Part shown: positions 58,063-64,000 of the stretch, piece after piece
Layout of the letters: the number at the start of each line of letters is the position of its first letter
How positions within the stretch are numbered: position 1 is the stretch's first letter
NCBI RefSeq assembly: GCF_000143415.4
Contig: NW_003314331.1
Coordinates: 103,222 to 167,221, forward strand
Origin: Selaginella moellendorffii
Taxonomy: Eukaryota > Plantae > Lycopodiophyta
Length of the DNA stretch: 64,000 nt
Direction of reading: 5' to 3'
Notes under the pieces: generated by a model
The model's database searches: none
Told to the model about the DNA's origin: nothing
Seen by the model: the letters and a program-made list of their open reading frames with translations, nothing else
Program-made: the position numbers and the translations under genes

Positions 58063-61000
58063 ATGGGTATTGGAGCCAATGCAGCGGCAAGGATTGAACG
58101 AGAGCATTCGTGTGCTGCTGTGGAAAGGCTTGTAGGAGAACTCAGGTCGGGAAAATTCTTTTCTTTTTTGCTTTCGTTTAGTTTTCTCTAGTTCTCATAT
58201 GTTTGTCTGTCAGGCAAGAGGTAGCTTTTCGTGATAAACGGAAGAAAGAGCTAGAGTTTCTAGAGAAGGTATGATTGTCTCGTTGTTTTTTTTTTTTTGG
58301 TTCTCTCTTTACACGTTAGAGTGTAACAGGGAGGTAATCCGCTTGACTTTGAATACGGCGACTTAGTTTCTTTGCCATCTACTTTATCGGTAGTTTTAAG
58401 GTAACACTGTGTTCTTCTTTTGTGGACTTATCGTCGTTTCACTATTTTTTGTTTAGTGACTCCGAGGCCAAGGAGAGAAAACTTTTCGTTCTTCAGAATA
58501 ATATTCATCCCAAGCACGGGATCTTGACAGAGTTGCTGGTGTCAAGACTCCAAAGGAACGGCGAATTTAACGAGCCGATCAAGCAGGTGTTGCGGAGAGG
58601 AACTCTGTCGAGTATTGTACGAGTAAAAGAAGAGAAGTCCGGTACACCACCGCCCACAATTGTAGCTGATCCAAAAGCTGAGAATGGATCGTGCGCGTCA
58701 TCTCACTCCATAGACGCTAGAGTCTCAAGCGTGGAAGCAACAACAGTATCTAAGAGTCCGTTGCAGGAAGGTAACAGGGAAGAAAAGAATGGCATCGCCA
58801 GCCAGGAGGACATTAAAGAAGAAGGAAGCGAACTTGTTGTCACAGAGAAAAAAAGCGAAGAAGAAATTCTTGGCGCTGCAATATCGATCAAGGTATCACA
58901 CACAAAAGCGAGAGGCTAGCCCGAGCTGTGGCACACGCATTTCGTCGTGCATTTGATTCGGACTAACTCAATTTACTCGTTGCTAGGCTGTCGCGGACTC
59001 TGCTGCTAAGAAACCTCTGTCGGCTCCTCCAACACAAAAGTCTCATTGGGATTTTGTGCTGGAGGAGATGGCTTGGATGGCAAATGATTTCATGCAGGCA
59101 AGTGAACGTTCAGGTTTTTGAAAGAATGTATCTCTAACACTTGTTTCAGGAACGACTATGGAAAGCTAGCGCAGCAGCTCATCTTTGTAGAAGCGCATCT
59201 CAAGCTCCGTTTTGGGCCACTGCTGAGGCGTTCACAAAGTCGTCAACTGATATAGTAAGCGAGACTACGTTGATGAGAGGTTCTTATTACACTACTGGGA
59301 TTTCAGGCACTGTCCAAGGACACTCAAAGGCTTCCTTTTGAAAACTATGCCATCAAGTTTTTAGCAAATACGATGGAATCGCCACCTAGTTTGAAGGCTC
59401 CATGCACGCCAGAACTAAAGGAACGAGCTGTGTCTTTAAGCAATTTGCCTTTGCCGGTAATTGGTTTTTCCACTGTTTTTTCAGTATGCTAACACTGCTA
59501 TAATGTTTGAAGCTCCATTATATCATACCTCCCGGGGTTGCCGAAGCATACAGAACATACATAGAAGATTCATGGGCATCTGTAAGCCTTTTTCCTGCTT
59601 TTCGTGACTAGAATGAACCTTGTTCTCGCAGGCCTATGATTATAATTCACGAAGGCAAAGTTCGCAAGATAGTGATTCCGAACTGGAAGATGATCTTTTG
59701 AAACTTGACAACGATGTCAGTTATGCGACTGGTCTGAAAAAGAAGAGAAGGCAACAAGACGAGTTCAACTACATTATACCTGCGAAAAAACAACGGACAG
59801 TGAGCATTCCAGGCCGACAACGCTCCGATAAGGTAAGGAATGCTGTTCGTGCTCGATTGCTAATTTCAATTGGCTGCATGGCAGAAATCAAAGAAGTTAA
59901 AGTCAAATAAATCGACTAAGGTTTGCTTTCTCCTTACCGCGTCTGGACTTTTTCTGATTGTTGTGCTGTTAGGGAACGGATTCTGAGAATGAATGGGTAC
60001 CAGAAGCATGCTACTCTGAGAAGGTATTTCTTCCGTCTATTCGCTGTTTTGGCTAATCTGATTGTCCTTTGCAGCAGCCCAAGCGTAAACGGGACCAGTT
60101 TTTTGGGAACAAATCAACTGGTATGTTCTACGATAGTATAGTGAGACCAAACACTTACGTGCATCTTTACAGATTTATCTGGATTTAAAAGGCCTAAACT
60201 TTCAAATCTAATCAGCAGAAAAAGCATTTTACGAAAGGTTCAAAGCAGCTTGTGCGAGTTGAATTGCACTAAGTTTCCCCGTTTAGCAGGGAGAATTTTG
60301 TTCTAATGGGACCGGAAATGGGAGTTCCTGGTCATCGCTTGAGGATCAGGTACTTTTATCTGTTTCAGCATAGCGACTAACTATATTGGCAGGCGATACT
60401 TGTGTTGGAGCACGATTTTGGTGGCAATTGGAAACTACTCAGTGACATTCTCAACAATGGGAGCCATATCAAGGTACGAAAGGGAAAATTGCCGTGAGTT
60501 TTTTGTAATAATTCTGTGAGTGTTTTACAGGGGCATTTTCGCAGCTCAAAATCTTGCCAAGAGCGGCACATGTTTCTCGAAGAAACAGCTGGTGATCCAA
60601 GTGTTTGGGGAATTCTTAAAGTAGGAGATGTTGCATGTTTTCTTGTCTCTAATTCTTTTCTAGCAGGGATCCGCGATGCTGCTACTGCAAAAGCTGCAGG
60701 GACCCCTGGAACATGACACCTTGAAGCTGCACTTTGAAGAAATTGTGAAAGCAAAGCAAAGATATGCTTCCGCGCAGCGGGTTAGACACTCCCTTTTACT
60801 TACATTGTTTCCGGAAACTTCAAAAACTGGCTTGTCATTTCCAGGATCAACCGCCTGAAACCGTACAGCCTCACGAATCACATGTGGCCATCATTGCTCA
60901 AGCTCAGAGGAGCAAAGGGCGATTTTTAAGGTGCGACAACCACTCAAATGTAGGCTATACACTGGAGAGCTGACTCTTTCGCTGTGCAGTCCACTAGATT

Positions 61001-62131
61001 TTCCCGAAGATCAAGGAGAATCGAAACCAGGTGGACGATGCGTCAAAAGAGAAACTGCATCGGAACCAAAAACTTTACCTTCTCAGGCGAGGAACCCCCA
61101 GGTATTGAGTTTTAGTCGAGACTCCTTTTGCTGATGATTTTGGTTGTAGGAGAAGAATAATAACGACACAAAAGACGGCCCAAGTAGTCAGCCCTCTTCA
61201 AAGCCCGATGGTCAGAAAATCGCTAGAAACGGTCAAGTTGGAAGAAAAGCTGGGACCCAGAAGCAGCAGATACAAAGACCGAATCCGGTGAATAGTGTTA
61301 AGCAGGAGCCGCTCCAGAGAATATCTAGCGACGCTGCCAAGATAGAACAGCAGCCACAAACGATTCAAGCACAGCAGCCACATGCGATTCAAGCACAGCA
61401 GCAGCAGCCACCACAGAGAAACTTTTCTCTACAGAAACTGGAATATCGACAAGAGCAACACCAACCGCAGCAGCTCTTGGGGATCACTCCAAGACCAACC
61501 TTTCAACAAAAGCAGAAGTTACCGGCGTGTTCTACTTCTACTTCTCAGCAGCTGCCGGCTCACAAGTCTTTCGCGGAGCAGCACCACCAACACCATTTTT
61601 CCAGGCCGCCACAATCGATGCAGCAGTCGATCCAGCAGCCGGGCTTCCACTACAACAGTCGATGCTTTGCTGCCGGACCGGGGCCTCAAGCTCGAGCTGC
61701 TGTTGCCGCTGGTGCTATACGTGCTCAAGCTCCCGGAGGACAGTGGAGGCCATCTCAAAGCTCGGCTCATACTTACAGCCATGCTGTGGACGCTCCGGCC
61801 TTTCGCTTCCAGAACCAAAGCTCCGGAAGACCGATGAAGCAAGCTCAGAGATCACTTGCACAGCATCACCAGCAAGCAGCGCAGCCACAACAGTGTGGAG
61901 TTTCGTATCTTCCGTCTTCCATGACCGGGGCAGTGCGGTATCAAGCGTCTCACGCGGCCGTTCCTGCAAAGGTTGGAGCGATTTCTTTTAGCTTGCTTTC
62001 TCATCTTTGTTGGTTTTATTTTGTTCTAGACATGGAGTCCTTCGGAGAGGCCCACTGCTGGAACAGTGGTAACATCGTCACCTCCAACAGCAGCAGCAGC
62101 AGCAGATCCTCCTCCAGCAAGCTGTAAATAA
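58063..62131 (+). CDS. EAF1: Chromatin modification-related protein EAF1-like (NuA4 scaffold; HSA and SANT/Myb domains, Q-rich tail), multi-exon
   Basis: ELR|QE...RKKELEFLEK|GGNPLDF; HSA KSHWDFVLEEMAWMANDFMQ|ERLWK; SANT GSSWSSLEDQ|AILVLEHDFGGNWKLLSDIL...GHFRSSKSCQERH; LLLQKLQGPLEHDTLKLHFEEIV; end is 62127 or 62131 depending on the last intron. Confidence 0.9.
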
Positions 62132-62769
62132 TGTGAGCTGAGGAAGTTCTCGCTTTTCGTTCTTTGGTTCTTTGCTTCCTTTCCATTCGTCTGTGTTGAG
62201 TGTAAATTTTTGTGCCGTGTACATGGCCCGGACCTAAAGAGAGTTTCTTTTTGCTTGACAACATATGTTTCTTACGTGGGCTTTGCATTCCGTTATACAA
62301 ATGATCCTCGGTGAACTTTGAGAGACACACGGAGTGATCTTTCTTTTCCAATCGTCTCTCCTTATATATAGCACAAGCTCGGCCAAGGTAAACGAGACGT
62401 ATGATTTGCCCAGCAGTGATTGCCACCGGATTGGAGTATTTCCGCACGTTTTGCAATCAACACGACATAAAATGTTTATGTTGTGGACGTGGACCACGCC
62501 AGAGGAACAAGTTGTTCTTTGGAAATGGTAAGAACACGCTTTCGCTTGCTTGACAGTAGCGTGCTTCAAGCATGCAAGAAGCTCAAGAAAGGCAAGCTGC
62601 AAACTTCAAGTAAACTTCAAGCTGCAAGAAGGCATGCTGGAGCTTGACTGTCCAGGCAATTTACATGCTTCTCTGAAGCGCATGGAGCTGCGATGGCCAT
62701 GCAATGGAGGCAACCATAATCAGAGACCTTGAACGGCCAAGATGGGTAGGCATGGCCAGTGAGCTGGAG

Positions 62770-64000
62770 CGCGCGCGACAATGAGGATGCCACTGACGTC
62801 AAAACAATAATCCAGTGGCTCCAAAAGCAATGGCAGCACAATTTCTTTTTCAGATCATATAGTTCTGCTCTTCCACTTGGCAGTTCCTCAGGCACGAACT
62901 CTTACAATCCTTAAAATACAATCCGTAACATCCGTGTATAATAATCCAACAGAGACCATCTTTTGAGAACTGTGAGATAACCTGGGAGATGGGTGATTTA
63001 GTTTGCATCGGGATTGCTAGCATCCACATACGAAGAATAGCTCAGGGGACAAATGCAATAGTACTCACCACAAGATCCCGGGAACTTTCGACATAATGTC
63101 GTCGGTGATGCTTTTCCCAGTGTCCACAAGAACATCGCCGTGGACCCGGAGATCGCCGCTTGGAAGGAGCCACAAGAATCTGTTTCTTAAAGTGATGGAC
63201 TCAATCTTGGAACCATCCCTCTTGTGGTTGCAACTTATTGTTTATCGCAAAGAATCCAATCTCCTCTCCGTAAGAGCACCACTCGCCATAACTCACCCCA
63301 GAGGTGGAGAACTTCTCGGGTTCCACGAGGAGGCGGAAGTAACCGCGAAGACACTAGAAAACGGAGGACATTGCCTCGTAGTGAACTGAAGCCAATCCCG
63401 CAGCCAGATTGCGAGAAGGCTGATAGAGGATGATGCCCGCTTAAACCGAATCGCCACGAGGAGTTTGTGGGAACCAAGGCTTAAGCACTTCCATAGGAGT
63501 TCTTGACAGAGAGATCAGGTGTCATGCTGCCAGGCTGCTAGGATTGTCTTCCAGACAACCTCTACACCCAAGACGTTTGATCGGCTTGGATCGAACGTAA
63601 CAAGAAGAATACTCCAGGATTTTATGTGATCCAGCACCTCCAGATGGTCAATGTGATCTTTCTTTCAGCGATCCGATGCTCGAAGAGGCTGACCGACGCA
63701 AATCCATCTTCCATCGGATTAAGCTCTCTGTGCGACCGACGATGAGAATGGGAGCTCGAGAATGAGTCCAGTGTCAAGGTACGAGCTTGACCCCAGGGCA
63801 AGCTTTTCTACAATCGCGTTGGAACCTTCGTTCGAGAAAAATCTCGAGGTATGGAGACAGAGCAATTTCACCGCTAACTAAGGTTTGCGCCTAGATCAAA
63901 CTATTCATAGCAAGCTCTTGTATGATTCCAGATCAAGTCCAATCTCGCCGAGAAACATTGACGAACTGCCGAGTTTTCTGTATCTCCGGAAGTTTACGAG
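62770..64000 (-). pseudogene. Possible degenerate S-domain (G-lectin/EGF/PAN) receptor kinase ectodomain
   Basis: Fragments FLWLLPSGDLRVH and DCKSSCLRNC (PAN-like), and a KK-plus-hydrophobic TM-like start; no continuous frame. Confidence 0.3.

Overview
Eukaryotic land-plant nuclear DNA. The very short introns (about 45-110 nt), tiny intergenic gaps and PLS-type PPR genes suggest a compact lycophyte genome such as Selaginella; this is inference, not a database result. 0-27 kb is gene-dense: 3' end of a PPR gene, malectin-like LRR receptor kinase, COPT5-like copper transporter, single-DUF26 secreted protein, U-box E3 ligase, a cluster of three secreted PPSGPS-motif peptide precursors, DCP5, importin-alpha 9-like, an N-myristoylation-motif orphan, eIF1, RopGAP and a divergent ACBP-like protein ending in a PTS1-like tripeptide. 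27-52 kb is mostly repeats: a Ty3/gypsy remnant carries a non-autonomous LTR element, which carries a younger complete copy of its own family (TSD GAGAA). PPR and ACBP pseudogenes, a two-exon orphan gene, foldback arrays and a double-retropepsin ORF follow. 52-64 kb holds an intact 3-exon Crinkler-like (REase + kinase) gene, Nup188-like remnants, an EAF1-like gene and a probable S-domain kinase remnant. The two strongest leads are the plant-encoded Crinkler-type nuclease-kinase with a nuclear localisation signal, and the peptide cluster in which two members combine an IDA-like core with a CTNIP/SCREW-like two-cysteine tail. All family calls come from motif recognition by eye; no searches were run.
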